From Obrimoposthia wandeli (lineage: Eukaryota), in NCBI GenBank assembly GCA_977020255.1, contig CDROCS010004434.1, forward strand, positions 62,001 to 126,000: 64,000 nt of DNA. The letters are read 5' to 3'. Of this stretch, positions 10,981-21,895 are shown in pieces (the stretch's first letter is position 1; each line of letters opens with the position of its first letter). The notes below the pieces were generated by a model. The model made no database searches and had not been told where the DNA came from. It saw nothing but the letters and a program-made list of their open reading frames with translations. The translations under genes and the position numbers were made by a program.

Positions 10981-11310
10981 ATGTCTGGAGAATGTTCCAT
11001 CTGCTACGAGAGCATCGTGGACTTCTACACCAAGCCCAACAACTGCGACCACCTTTTCCACGTCGAATGCCTCGAGACGTGGATCCCCATCGCAAACAGC
11101 AACAATCCCCTCGACTTCCCAACCTGCCCGATGTGCAGAGCGACTCTTCTCAGTACACTACGTGTACAACCAAGACAGCCTCCAAGCAGTGGTACCCATC
11201 GTACACTGCTGGAAAACCATCTGCGATTGCTGGTGCTCGTTCTGCGTGGAGGAGCGAAGCACAGGCCAGCCCAATCCCCAACAATAATCGAAGGTAACTT
11301 TCTGACTTGA
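10981..11310 (+). CDS. Small RING-H2 putative E3 ligase, copy 2; C-terminal Cys motif is frameshifted
   Basis: CSIC...CDHLFHVEC...W...CPMC pattern. An alternative frame at ~11190-11260 reads VVPIVHCWKTICDCWCSFC, matching the copy-1 tail. Confidence 0.78.
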   Translation: MSGECSICYESIVDFYTKPNNCDHLFHVECLETWIPIANSNNPLDFPTCPMCRATLLSTLRVQPRQPPSSGTHRTLLENHLRLLVLVLRGGAKHRPAQSPTIIEGNFLT

Positions 11311-11627
11311 ACGTGACATCATGAACTACCCTGTGTATCGCATACCGCGATAAATTAGCTACCATAATTGTAATCATAATTATATAATCTTGTGAACTGT
11401 AAATTGACCATTACCATTTTTATGTATGATGTTTAACTGAAATTGTAATTATTATACTGAATTTCTAAAAAAGACAATTTTTATGCTTAGTGTGAATGCG
11501 TAAACATGCCTAAAATCTAAACAAAACTCGGTAGGATTAGATAACTAAGGATTCATTTTGAAATAAAATTTAAATTAACGATGAGAACGGTGAACCCCAA
11601 ATTGAAAGGAGTTATTTTCTCATGCAG

Positions 11628-12112
11628 ATGAAGTGCGCTGTATGCATGGAGAAAATTTGGGCGGTATCAGCATCCCCTGTCGGCTGCCGCCACAAATTTC
11701 ACGAATCCTGCCTATATACTTGGGCCCGACTTCGACCCGAAGGACATGTCAATTTTTGCCTTTCGCGGAATGGACACTACAGTGTCGAGGGCGCCACAAG
11801 GGCACCCATTCGCTCACCAGCTGTATTGGTGGCGAGCACTGCCATTGCCCCGACTGTATCGCACGCCGTCGCGATGCAAAACTCGCCCTCCGCGAGAAAT
11901 ACCGGTCAACTCGCGACCCCCGCTCATGGCAGCGTGGCCGTCAAATATGGCTCGGAAATCGCGGAATACACGGGCGATATACTACCATTTTCCACCCGAG
12001 TCAACACCTCACCATGCGCCAGCAAATGTTACTATACAATGGCGGCCCACCATCGTATCCGGAACTACCACTGGAGCAGGTCTTGCTGTTCCTGAAGGAC
12101 AGGAACGGTTGA
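11628..12112 (+). pseudogene. RING-H2 protein, copy 3, frameshifted
   Basis: MKCAVCMEK...GCRHKFHESCLYTW, then a frameshift near 11755 into the frame with HCHCPDC that ends at 12112. Confidence 0.7.
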
Positions 12113-12692
12113 CAGATCTCAAACATTCTTGTGACATATCCCAGACAATCTTGTGACATATCCCACACCCTCAATAATTTTGTGTGTAAATTTTTAGTTG
12201 TGTATAAATAATAATGTATGGTTTGAGACTTGCTCCAAATTATATATTATGTTTCCCACTAAAAACCGGAATTTTGGAAAATTTTTTTTTGGGCATGTTT
12301 GTTGAAGTTGAATGATTGATTTTGTAGGGATGAACCTAAAATCAACAGCCAAAGGCTTATTTAAGTAAAATCGATACGTTCCGGGGACGTAACTTTTTTG
12401 GAACCCCCGAGGTATGTTAAGGTCGAGAAATAAGAAAATTAAATATTTTAGTCGATTAAATACTAAAATAAAAATCCTTGAAAGCAAGGTTGAAAATTAA
12501 ATTAAAATATTAATTTTAGTTTTAAAAATTAAAATTAGTGGAATTTAGGGTAAAAATTAGGAGGACCACGAAGGTCGTGTATAATGTGAAAATGTATAAA
12601 AGTTTAAAGTTAATTAACCAAAAGGACAAAAATTAATTAAGGAGAAAATCAGACAATTAAGAATTAATTCAGAAAAGAGAAGTTAATTAAAC

Positions 12693-13006
12693 ACGTCAAT
12701 CAAGGATCCAAAGGTAAGCACATTTTCGTGCAGTAAAAAACTAAAATCTTATTTTGCAGCCGTCATTGATTGACAGGAGATACCAGTTCTCCTACTTCCA
12801 CAATTGTTCTTATTTTGCAGCCGTCATTGATTGACAAGAGATACTAGTTCTCCTACTTCCACAGTTGTCAGCCGTCAATTGATTGACGTCCAGTGCCTCT
12901 ATATAAGGCAGTATCTAGAAACCCACAATCACAACTACAAGTCGACTGGAAAAAAAGAAGAAGCAAGTAGACAGAAGACAATCCCCTCGACCACGAATCG
13001 GTAAGT
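12693..13006 (+). promoter_or_regulatory. LTR promoter: four TGATTGAC motifs, TATA box, ATG-less leader and splice donor
   Basis: TGATTGAC at 12767, 12828 and 12880, inverted at 12693-12702. TATATAA at 12900. G|GTAAGT at 13000/13001. Confidence 0.6.
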
Positions 13007-13050
13007 GGTGATTTGGGACAGAGGTAAAATTAAAATTATTTAGATTGCTG

Positions 13051-13600
13051 AAAAAGTGAACCAATATTCGAGAACCAATAGTTTGAAATATCATTGACCA
13101 ATATTTGAAATATAAAAAGTGAACCAATATTCGAGAACCAATAATTGAAATATCATTGACCAATATTTGAAATATAAAAAGTGAACCAATATTCGAGAAC
13201 CAATAGTTTGAAATATCATTGACCAATATTTGAAATATAAAAAGTGAACCAATATTCGAGAACCAATAATTGAAATATCATTGACCAATATTTGAAATAT
13301 AAAAAGTGAACCAATATTCGAGAACCAATAGTTTGAAATATCATTGACCAATATTTGAAATATAAAAAGTGAACCAATATTCGAGAACCAATAATTGAAA
13401 TATCATTGACCAATATTTGAAATATAAAAAGTGAACCAATATTCGAGAACCAATAGTTGAAATATCATTGACCAATATTTGAAATATAAAAAGTGAACCA
13501 ATATTCGAGAACCAATAATTGAAATATCATTGACCAATATTTGAAATATAAAGTGAACCAATATTCGAGAACCAATAGTTGAAATATCATTGACCAATAA
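13051..13600 (+). repeat. Tandem array of ~9 copies of a 62/63-bp unit, each with three CCAAT motifs
   Basis: Anchor GTGAACC at 13056, 13119, 13181, 13244, 13306, 13369, 13431, 13493 and 13553. Confidence 0.95.
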
Positions 13601-13763
13601 CGCGAAAGAAGTCGAAAGTCACAGTGACTTTGAGGACGATTCCGCCAGACTTACAATTTATCTCTGGAAAGAAGACGATCCCACAAGTTCGTCAAAACCA
13701 CCTACGGACCCTACATCGGACAGCATACTAGTCGCAGCGTATTGGTAAGCCAACCGACTAGAG

Positions 13764-14200
13764 CATTCATTGCCCCTAGTTGGCAATTAGGATACTGTCA
13801 TTACCCCTTGTTGGTAATTCTACATTTTAAATTAATACACAAATTCATTGCCCCTAGCTGGCAATTAGGACAACTCGACTCTTTAACACAATCATTGCCC
13901 CTAGTTGGTAATTAAGATCGGACATTTATTCATTGTCCCCAGCGACAATTAGGAATCCTACCCAGACGTTTTACCTGTAAGATTCATTGTCCCTAGCTGA
14001 CAATTAGGTTCATTCATTGCCCCTAGTTGGCAATTCGGATAAATACTCATTGTCCCTAGTAGACAATTCGGTAAGACTCATTGTCCCTAGCTGACAATTC
14101 GGTTCGTTCATTGTCCGTAGTTGACAATTAGGAGTAAGTTTTCATTGTCATCTTGACAATTAGTTTTTTAGGAGATCCATTGTCACAGTAGACAATTCGG
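13764..14200 (+). repeat. Array of 12 short inverted repeats, ATTRYC-N5-7-GRYAAT, with variable spacers
   Basis: Arm variants ATTGCC/GGCAAT, ATTGTC/GACAAT and ATTACC/GGTAAT all keep pairing. Loop is mostly CCTAGYW. Confidence 0.9.
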
Positions 14201-14794
14201 GTCAAACACACACAGATAGAGTTAAGGAACAAAGAAACATTTAGCTAGAGATAAGAAGTAGGAGCGAAGAAATTTAAGAGAGTTGCGTTATAGATTAACC
14301 AACCTGAGTAAGAAGACTAAACCTAAGAAACTTAATCACCTGAACGTAAAATCGATACGTGGTTCATCCCCACTTCTTGTAGAGACTTACAGAAGTCCTT
14401 TAGGAATTTTATCATACTTTTTAGAAATACGTACATAAACGTATTGTTGTGTTAGTTACGTGAATTACGAATAAACAATTTCCTACATTAGAACAAGTTG
14501 TTTTTACACTCTTCAGACTAAGAGACATCAAATCAAATACCTTCAGATAGTACAAGAGATTAGGCAACCATAACACTAAGTAGGCCACGACCAACTTTAA
14601 GACCTGCTTCTAATCGAACTCACGTTGGGGCCCTCCGCATTCAAGAGGCTCTATACCAAGTTTCGTATAGAAACCCCAACAAAATGAATGAATGACGCAG
14701 AATAAATGACGTTATGGAGAGTCGATAAATACACATCCGTGGACACATTCATAGAAACATGTTCTATTATTGTATACATATTTATTAATTAAAC

Positions 14795-16390
14795 TGTTGG
14801 GGCTAGAGTTGTTGACTTCTACCTAGTGAGTTCTTAAAGGCATAGGAGTTGTGTTTATAAGTGTACCAGGGTTAATATCAAATTTGAAGGTTAATCGACT
14901 TAGGGAAAAATGTATGGTACAAATAATTTAATATAACACAACATAAATCGAAAAGCAATTTTTTATAATGTAACTTCAGATAATCTGTATCACAATTTAT
15001 TATAATGCATGTACACACAATTTCCCGATTAGTAAAATGTACTGTCGTAAGCACATTCTTAACTATATGCCTACTCATATACTACTTCTGATCACCGTTA
15101 CAGGCAATTTGGGCTCTTGTTTTAAAGGACAGGCTCTGGGGTTTAAAAAATAATTACAAAAAAGAGAAATAGGTGGTAAAAAAATTAAAACTTAGACAGT
15201 CTGTCTTACGGTTCCAATGAGAGACTGATATTATGTACTGCCTGGTTTCATCTGCGTATCTGTAAATCTGTTTCCTGTGCTGTTGTACTGCTTGTGTCCA
15301 GAATAACTCCTTCGTTAAAAGAAATTGTTGTCACTGTTTCAGAGATCACCTTAGGTCAATAAACCGACTTTCTGAGTTAATTAATCACTCAAAATTCCTT
15401 TTTTGCGTTTTAATTTTGTTATTTAGTTTTTACCCTTTATGTCCTTGGCCAGGACTATAAATATGTTGGGACTATAGTTATAGAACGCCTCTAGTTCGTG
15501 AGTTTTTAATGGAATGTGACTTGCGTGGAAGGCTTATCCTGTGTTATCTCTAAATATGAAGTTTAACTGTTATGATGTATATGGGTTTTACTTTTATTTT
15601 TAAAACAAATATTAACTATCTGTTTTCAATATTAAAATTATACAACTATAAAATGGTATGACTTAGATATTTTCGATATAAAACTTACACGAATCTTAAC
15701 ACTTAATATGTTAAATAAAACAAGAATCAAATCCAGGTTTGGGAAAAACTTCTAAATCCTATGTAACTTTTACAAAAGTCTGAGACTGTTACGGGTATTT
15801 GACTTTATTTGTAGTTTTCAAAAGAAAGGGACCGTACCGGATTAACAGTTTATATTATTGAGTGAATTTCAGTTTAAATTATTATTTTAAATAATAAGCA
15901 GAAATCTGGCTGGAGAAATCTATATTAAAGGGGTCGTGTCGAGTTAATAGTTTTTTTTAATTCTTGAAAGATTGTAAGTTACTTTTAATAATTTATTTAA
16001 AATTAAAATGTCTGTCTTACGTTAATGTTTATCTGTCTTTGAGTTTTTGTCTTTGCTTTTAATCTACGAGAAGAATTTATTGTTAACGTTTATCTTGCTT
16101 TAAATTCTGTGAATCTGGGTTATTTTTCTGTCTTCTGATTCTCTGTCACCAATTTGTTTTTCGAAGTTTCATTTTTAAAAAGTTAATTCAGTTGATAATG
16201 ACATCGCTAACCAACTTTATTTTAGAACTAATTAACTCACCATCAATTTAACTTTTGGGTTTTTAATTTAAATTGGTCAGGACTATAAATATAGCTAAAT
16301 TTATTTAATATTTAAAATAACTGACCATTTCTGGACATCAACAAATAAAGTTATTTTTTAATTATTCTCCTCCTTTTCTGAACCCCAACA
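14795..16390 (-). mobile_element. Solo LTR (1.6 kb) of a related family, inverted orientation
   Basis: Termini TGTTGGGG...CCCCAACA with 4-bp TSD AAAC (14791-14794 and 16391-16394). Its reverse complement shares GAACTCAC and ACCTTCA with the other two LTR ends. Confidence 0.85.
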
Positions 16391-16434
16391 AAACTTGAAG
16401 GAAAACAAAGAAATACAATAGCACCGTAAAACAA

Positions 16435-16508
16435 TGACACGAACTGGATTCGAACCAGTAACATTCAACTAACGTGGCTTGCGTTCTACCAATTTGAGCT
16501 AATCAGGC
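16435..16508 (-). pseudogene. tRNA-like sequence (pseudo-tRNA, possibly Thr-CGT, or SINE head)
   Basis: A-box TAGCTCAAATTGG and perfect T-arm ACTGG-TTCGAAT-CCAGT. Acceptor and anticodon stems pair poorly. Confidence 0.45.
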
Positions 16509-16529
16509 AACCTATAAACCCAGACAATA

Positions 16530-19500
16530 TTTACACAAATGTCGAAAACATGCCAAAACTTGGTTGAGTCACTTCCGGTTCGTTATTTACCTTAGGTACG
16601 ACTTCATCCAAAGAAGTGCTGAGAATGATCGTTCGATTGTGGCCTTGGTATGGCATGCTAAGATAATGTAAATCAATGACCATGTCACTGATGAGTGTCA
16701 GTGATGCTTGTAACATAGTTTAATCCCCAGTTATTTGCCTAATCATAAATGCATCATCATATTTCTTTACTCCATAACTTTTTTCAAATGTCTGGCTACA
16801 ACGATTTCTGATTCAAAATGAATCGACATATGCTAAACAACTAAAACACTTGTCAAAAGGCAATCAATAAACAATACATTTATTATTATTACTCATATTA
16901 TTTATTACTACACCTGCCATTTATTATACACATCTCCTGATAACTTTATTTAAATTGTTTTTTATCATTTAGAAAAGTATATTATAATTGATCATTACGC
17001 AATAATATGTTTACTTTCATTATTCAACATACTATCAAGATACTAAGCAATTATAACACCTATAAAAAATGGATACAGTTTTTCATTATCAATATTTTAC
17101 TTATGAATAAAACGTTGATTAACCACCATTTCTCTATCACTATCATTTGAGACTTTAAGCCAAGAGTAATTCTTAATTCTCTTCATAATGACTCCATGTA
17201 CAAATTTATGTTGTTTCCTGAATGTAACTACTATTTTATCCTCTGACATACTCTTTGCATGTACTTATATTCCTATAATCGAATTTTTCTTCTTTTACTA
17301 CAATGTTAAACAATTTTAGTCTCATTTAATACTAATATGTCATCGACATAACAAATGACCTCTTTTAAACCGTTTAGAATATGCTCCATCGATTTCTGAA
17401 ATACGTCTGGCGTAGAGCTTAATCCAAATAGCAACTTATTGTATCTATATCGTCAAAATGGTATACAGAATACCAGATACTTCCGGCTCTCATCATCCAC
17501 GAGGATTTGATGATAACCCTTATTTGTGTTAGGATTAGGAATTTAATAATTTTCAAAATAATTAATTATTAAATAGTAAAATAAATCCTTGAAAGCAAGG
17601 ACCGAATCGGATAACAGAGGCCTAGCTTGCTGCACCAGTAAAATCGCGGTGAGAATTGTGCGTCATAAATTGCTTATCATTTATTAGTCCGAAAGATATA
17701 AATTGCTTATCATTTACTAGTTCGAAAGATATAAATTGCTTATCATTTATTAGTCTGAAAGATATAAAGTGAACCCTTATCATTTATTAGTCCGAAAGAT
17801 ATAAATTGCATATCATTTATTAGTCTGAAAGATATAAAGTGAACCCTTATCATTTATTAGTCCGAAAGATATAAATTGCTTATCATTTATTAGTCTGAAA
17901 GATATAAAGTGAACCCTTATCATTTATTAGTCCAAAAGATATAAAGTGACCGTTATTATTTATTGAAGCCGAACGTCATAAATTTATCGGTTCTATAAAA
18001 TCAACCCATATTTTTAGAGCAACCAGCTCTCTAAAATCTACAACCTTAAATTGACCATATTTTTAGAGTAAAGAAACGACCCTCAATTAAAATCGATACG
18101 TGGATCATCCCCACTAGTGTAGAGACTTTGTGCAAAGTAACTAGGATTAGTATTATTGTTTTTAGAACGTGTTAGAACGTAATTTAGTGTGTCTTAGAAA
18201 TAAAGATTTCCTACATTAGGCAGTGTTGTATTGAACAGAACCCTTGCAAGCAAGTAGGTGTCAACTACTCCATATACAACACCACACTAAGGGAATTTTG
18301 CAGTAACCGTATACACAGCTCTTCACACATTTCGCAACACATAGACATAATAAACCTTCAGATAGAAATTGAGATAGGCAAGCTCAACTTAAGTAGGCCA
18401 CAAACAGCTACAAGCCCTGCTTCTATAGAACTCACGTTGGGGCCCTCCATTCAAGAGGATCTATCTGAGAAGTTTCATATAGAAACCCCAACATTTGTGT
18501 CCTTGACTAAAAGAAAGCACTCAATTTAATTTAACCATTATTTCGGGAAAATGTGGCATTTGAAAATTATGGCATACATAGCCTCATATCTCCATTTTCT
18601 TGATTACTGGTATGAGTGAAGAACACCATTCATAGCCTATTACCTCTTCTATTAATTTATCTAGTTCCTTTTTCACAGATTTTTTATAGCTGATACTGTA
18701 CGTCTTGGAGCATAGCATTTTGGCTCAATTAATTTATTTTAATTTTATGCTTAATATTCCTAATGCAGTTACTCTTTACCCGGTCATCTTTCAGGAATGA
18801 AACGGAACACACTGGTAATGTAATTAAATGCAAGTCACAGCATAACTCTGCACTTAACTAAATAATATCTGAATTAACCGACATCCCATAAAATTCGGTA
18901 TTTACACTTTTTTCTTAATAAGTTACAGTAAAGTATTATACCCCAATAATTTTAATTTGTGATTATTATACGTAGTTAATCTTACTGTGGATGGTTTCCA
19001 TCTCATATCCGGGGAAAACTTTACTGGCATTATGTTTACGATAGCCCCTGTATCAATTTCACACATCAGTATTTTTTATTTATATTTAATTTACATTTTT
19101 ATAATTTACGCCTAACTTGTTAAATATTTTAAATTCTCTCAGTCACCGTAATTTTATCCTTAATAAACAAAACTTCTCACAATGGCTTACTTTACCGCAT
19201 TTATACCATTTAAAACTCTTTGTTCTACAATATGAATCATTTGCTAAATGTTTTACCGATCTGTAACGGAAACATTTAATGTGCATATTAGATTGATCAA
19301 ACTTACCAAAATTATTACCTCTTTTCTCATAAGGTTCACTATTATAAGGGACATTTCGTTTTATTGCATTTATATTACTATCAACTTTAGTGCCATTAAC
19401 ATATAAACAATCACCGCATCTAGTTATAAATACGCTTTCATACGCTTCAGCTTGTTATCGCACATTTTAGATTTATTTTACTAGGGTCCTCTCACATCAT

Positions 19501-19720
19501 TACAATAGTCAAAAATAATAATAGCAACTGTAGATTCCAGTTGTTTTTTTAAATCCTCGTCGGCAATTGTTTAATCCCGAGTTAATTGTCAAATCATAAA
19601 TCCCAAGTCATAAACGCATCATCATACTTCTCCAATCCAATTTTTTTTCCAAATTCCTAGCTACAACGATTTCTGATTCAAATGAATCGACATATGCTGC
19701 TATGCAGCTGAAATATACAA
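16530..19720 (-). mobile_element. Heavily decayed Gypsy gag-pol, interrupted by the solo LTR at 17527
   Basis: Minus-strand RT motifs RYNKLLFGLSSTPDVFQK (~17395-17450) and VICYVDDILV (~17330-17362). The gag-start segment is duplicated (~16720-16830 and ~19590-19700). Confidence 0.7.
17527..18493 (+). mobile_element. Solo LTR (~970 bp) related to the element-1 LTR, with an internal 33/36-bp tandem array
   Basis: Termini TGTTAGG...CCCCAACA with TSD TTTG (17523-17526 and 18494-18497). About 8 units of TTATCATTTATTAGTCYGAAAGATAT at 17667-17945. Confidence 0.88.
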
Positions 19721-20289
19721 CAAACATCTGTCAACACACGGATAGATCCGACCATTAGGTCACAAGTTTTCCTTTCACCATTAAGTGACTGCAGCAACAG
19801 GTCCTAGAGTTGGCGGTACATTCTCGAGTCAAGGTAGTCAAATCGCCTCTTGATAAAAGTGATAGCTATATAAAAAATGTCAGAGTTTTGCTGATAGCAG
19901 ATGTCTTTGCACTGGCAGAAAACTGAGGAGCGGTGCTGATCTCATACTTTCTCGGAACTTTGTGTCACCTTAACATATGTGGCTTATCCACATTCAGTAT
20001 ATACGTAAATGACAACCTATTTTATATCATATGAAACATATGAAAAGAAAGATTGGTTTGTTTCATTAAAAATATTAAGGGTACTAGGCTTTCTTTGATT
20101 ATTAAATCAAGAAATTAATCTACAGTTTATGCGTACTTCTAAGAAAATATTCAATAAGTTGTAATCCCAAAGAATGTGCTTTAAATATTTTTAAATCAAA
20201 TCATTAAATGAGCCGCCAAAATTTTAAAATCTGTCGTGAAATTAAAAACAGATTTTTTTAAAGTTGTATTCAACTGTTCGTTTTAGGGA

Positions 20290-20685
20290 TATTGATCATT
20301 ACAGCCGTTTAATAAAGGTGCAGACACTTGAATATATGAGTAAAGATGTATTTGAAATAACAACTAGTTTGTCCTGATATTTCCGACAAGAATCTCTTAC
20401 TATTAGATCAAGACTACCTTGAGTGAATGTTTGCGATGTTTTAAAAATCAATGAAATTGAAAGAATTATTGGTTGGTATCATTCAGGACCAAAAATAAAG
20501 CCAAATAATTGTAAAATAAATTAATGATTTAGTACATATTACGATAAATCCCTAATGGTTATTATTGGTGTTGATCAGCAAGATAGTGATTAATTAACAA
20601 CTAAAGCATATCTTGCTATTGGCAAAATAGTTTGACTTTGGAACTTTGACTACTAAAACTTTTAAATATCTTCCATCGAAAAAAC
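20290..20685 (+). pseudogene. PSMD7: Proteasome lid subunit Rpn8/PSMD7 (MPN domain) pseudogene fragment
   Basis: LDQDYLE*MFAMF, RIIGWYHSGPK, MVIIGV, TKAY and GTLTTKTF align with the remembered PSMD7 motifs LDHDYLENMYGMF, RIVGWYHTGPK, LVIIDV, TEAY and GTPTSKTF. Stops and frameshifts present. Confidence 0.75.
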
Positions 20686-21895
20686 TTTATAGTATACGCA
20701 CAATTTAAGTTTTACTAAGAAAATTTGATTCATTTACAAAAGTTGTTTAAAATTTAAATTATAAAATTAATTATATATACATTTCATAACGTGACTCAGC
20801 ATTCTTACTAAGTCACTTTGTTGTCAGCCGAAGGATTGGCCAATTAAGGCCTCGTTTATTACTTCTGCTCTTTAGAGTGCGTGTTGTTTATCTGACATTT
20901 TGCGATGGTGTCAGTTGGTATTTTGATGTTGTACTTTGCCACAATAACTTGAAGTTCAGTTTTGTCAGTTAAGGTTTTACAGTACAATTGAAGAAGAAAA
21001 TTTGTAATATACAATAAGGAAGATGGGATTGTATGTACAAATGTATATTAGCTCATTTAATTATTTTAGATTTTAATATATTTTAACAATTTATTGAAGA
21101 AGAAAAGTTTGTGATTAATAAAAAAAGTCAACAAAGGGTTTAATTTTTCCCATAGTGTGAAAATATATCTTATAAGCCATACCACTATTTAAAGATGAAT
21201 TAACAGTCTCATCTTTAGTGGTGCACATTTAAAAAAATCCAATTAATAACACAGTCTTCTTAGTTGTTGAAACTGATTGTGCAACAGCTGGTCTTGAGGT
21301 TCTGGTAGATACTACACATTAGTATTTGATCGCCATGACTGAGGAGATATTTTCCCGGCTCTAATTTCTAATTAAGAAGTTCGTTTAGTGGCATTTGATT
21401 AAACAATTATACAAAACCTTTTATGCTATTAACTCTTTGCTTTCTGATCATTTTGAGGTACCCAAACACTACAATTCTTTCTAAAATATGAATATTGAAT
21501 CAAAATAATCCTTACTGTTACGCGCTTTATTCAAATAATTGCATCAATGTAAAGAGTTACTCTAGGATCATTCTTGATGAATTATTTAACTTAAATCACA
21601 AATTCTTTTTTCGTATTGAAGGTCAATCACTTTATGGTCCATCAGATAATTGTTTTATTTTAAAACTATTTGAAATCCTTATATTAATCGAAATAAAGTT
21701 TACATAGATTGTACATGTGTTCCTCATACATTTAGCAACTTTTCATGAATATCATTAATATGGATTCCATTTTTATTTCTGTTTATGCATAAAAAGGGTT
21801 GAAAATATTAAATATTCAATTTTATCTACAATGTTAATGAAATTTAAATATAAATATGTATAGCAAAATTATTATTTGGATTTTGAAGACTAGAT

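Larger units (their letters stand above)
1..14681 (+). mobile_element. Large Ty3/Gypsy LTR retrotransposon (element 1) with accessory cargo; 5' LTR and gag lie outside the window
   Basis: Domain order PR-(IAP)-PR-RT-RNaseH-INT is Gypsy-type. A 1713-aa ORF, three RING ORFs and an LTR (TGTTAAGG...CCCCAACA, 12415-14681) follow. Confidence 0.9.
12415..14681 (+). repeat. 3' LTR of element 1 (~2.27 kb)
   Basis: Starts TGTTAAGG and ends TAGAAACCCCAACA. Shares blocks with the solo LTR at 17527-18493: ATCCTTGAAAGCAAGG, AAAATCGATACGTGG, AATAAA-N-TTTCCTACATTAG and GAACTCACGTTGGGGCCCTCC. Confidence 0.82.

Noticed and set aside
10632-11297. 221-aa ORF overlapping RING copies 1 and 2
   Set aside because: No recognisable motif; the conserved Cys/His patterns are in the other frames.
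12915-13597. Four minus-strand ORFs with repeating peptide
   Set aside because: They are translations of the 62/63-bp tandem repeat.
13764-14200. CRISPR-array interpretation of the hairpin array
   Set aside because: Eukaryotic LTR context, no cas genes, repeats are not identical, and spacers are short and irregular.
14682-14794. Treating LTR 12415-14681 as a 5' or solo LTR
   Set aside because: No TGG-type PBS follows, and the flanks GGTA/AAAT are not a TSD. It fits best as the 3' LTR of element 1.
16686-16700. Other CTGATGA/CTGACGA hits as hammerheads (also 42686, 49674, 58157)
   Set aside because: They lack the stem II-GAAA-stem III arrangement.
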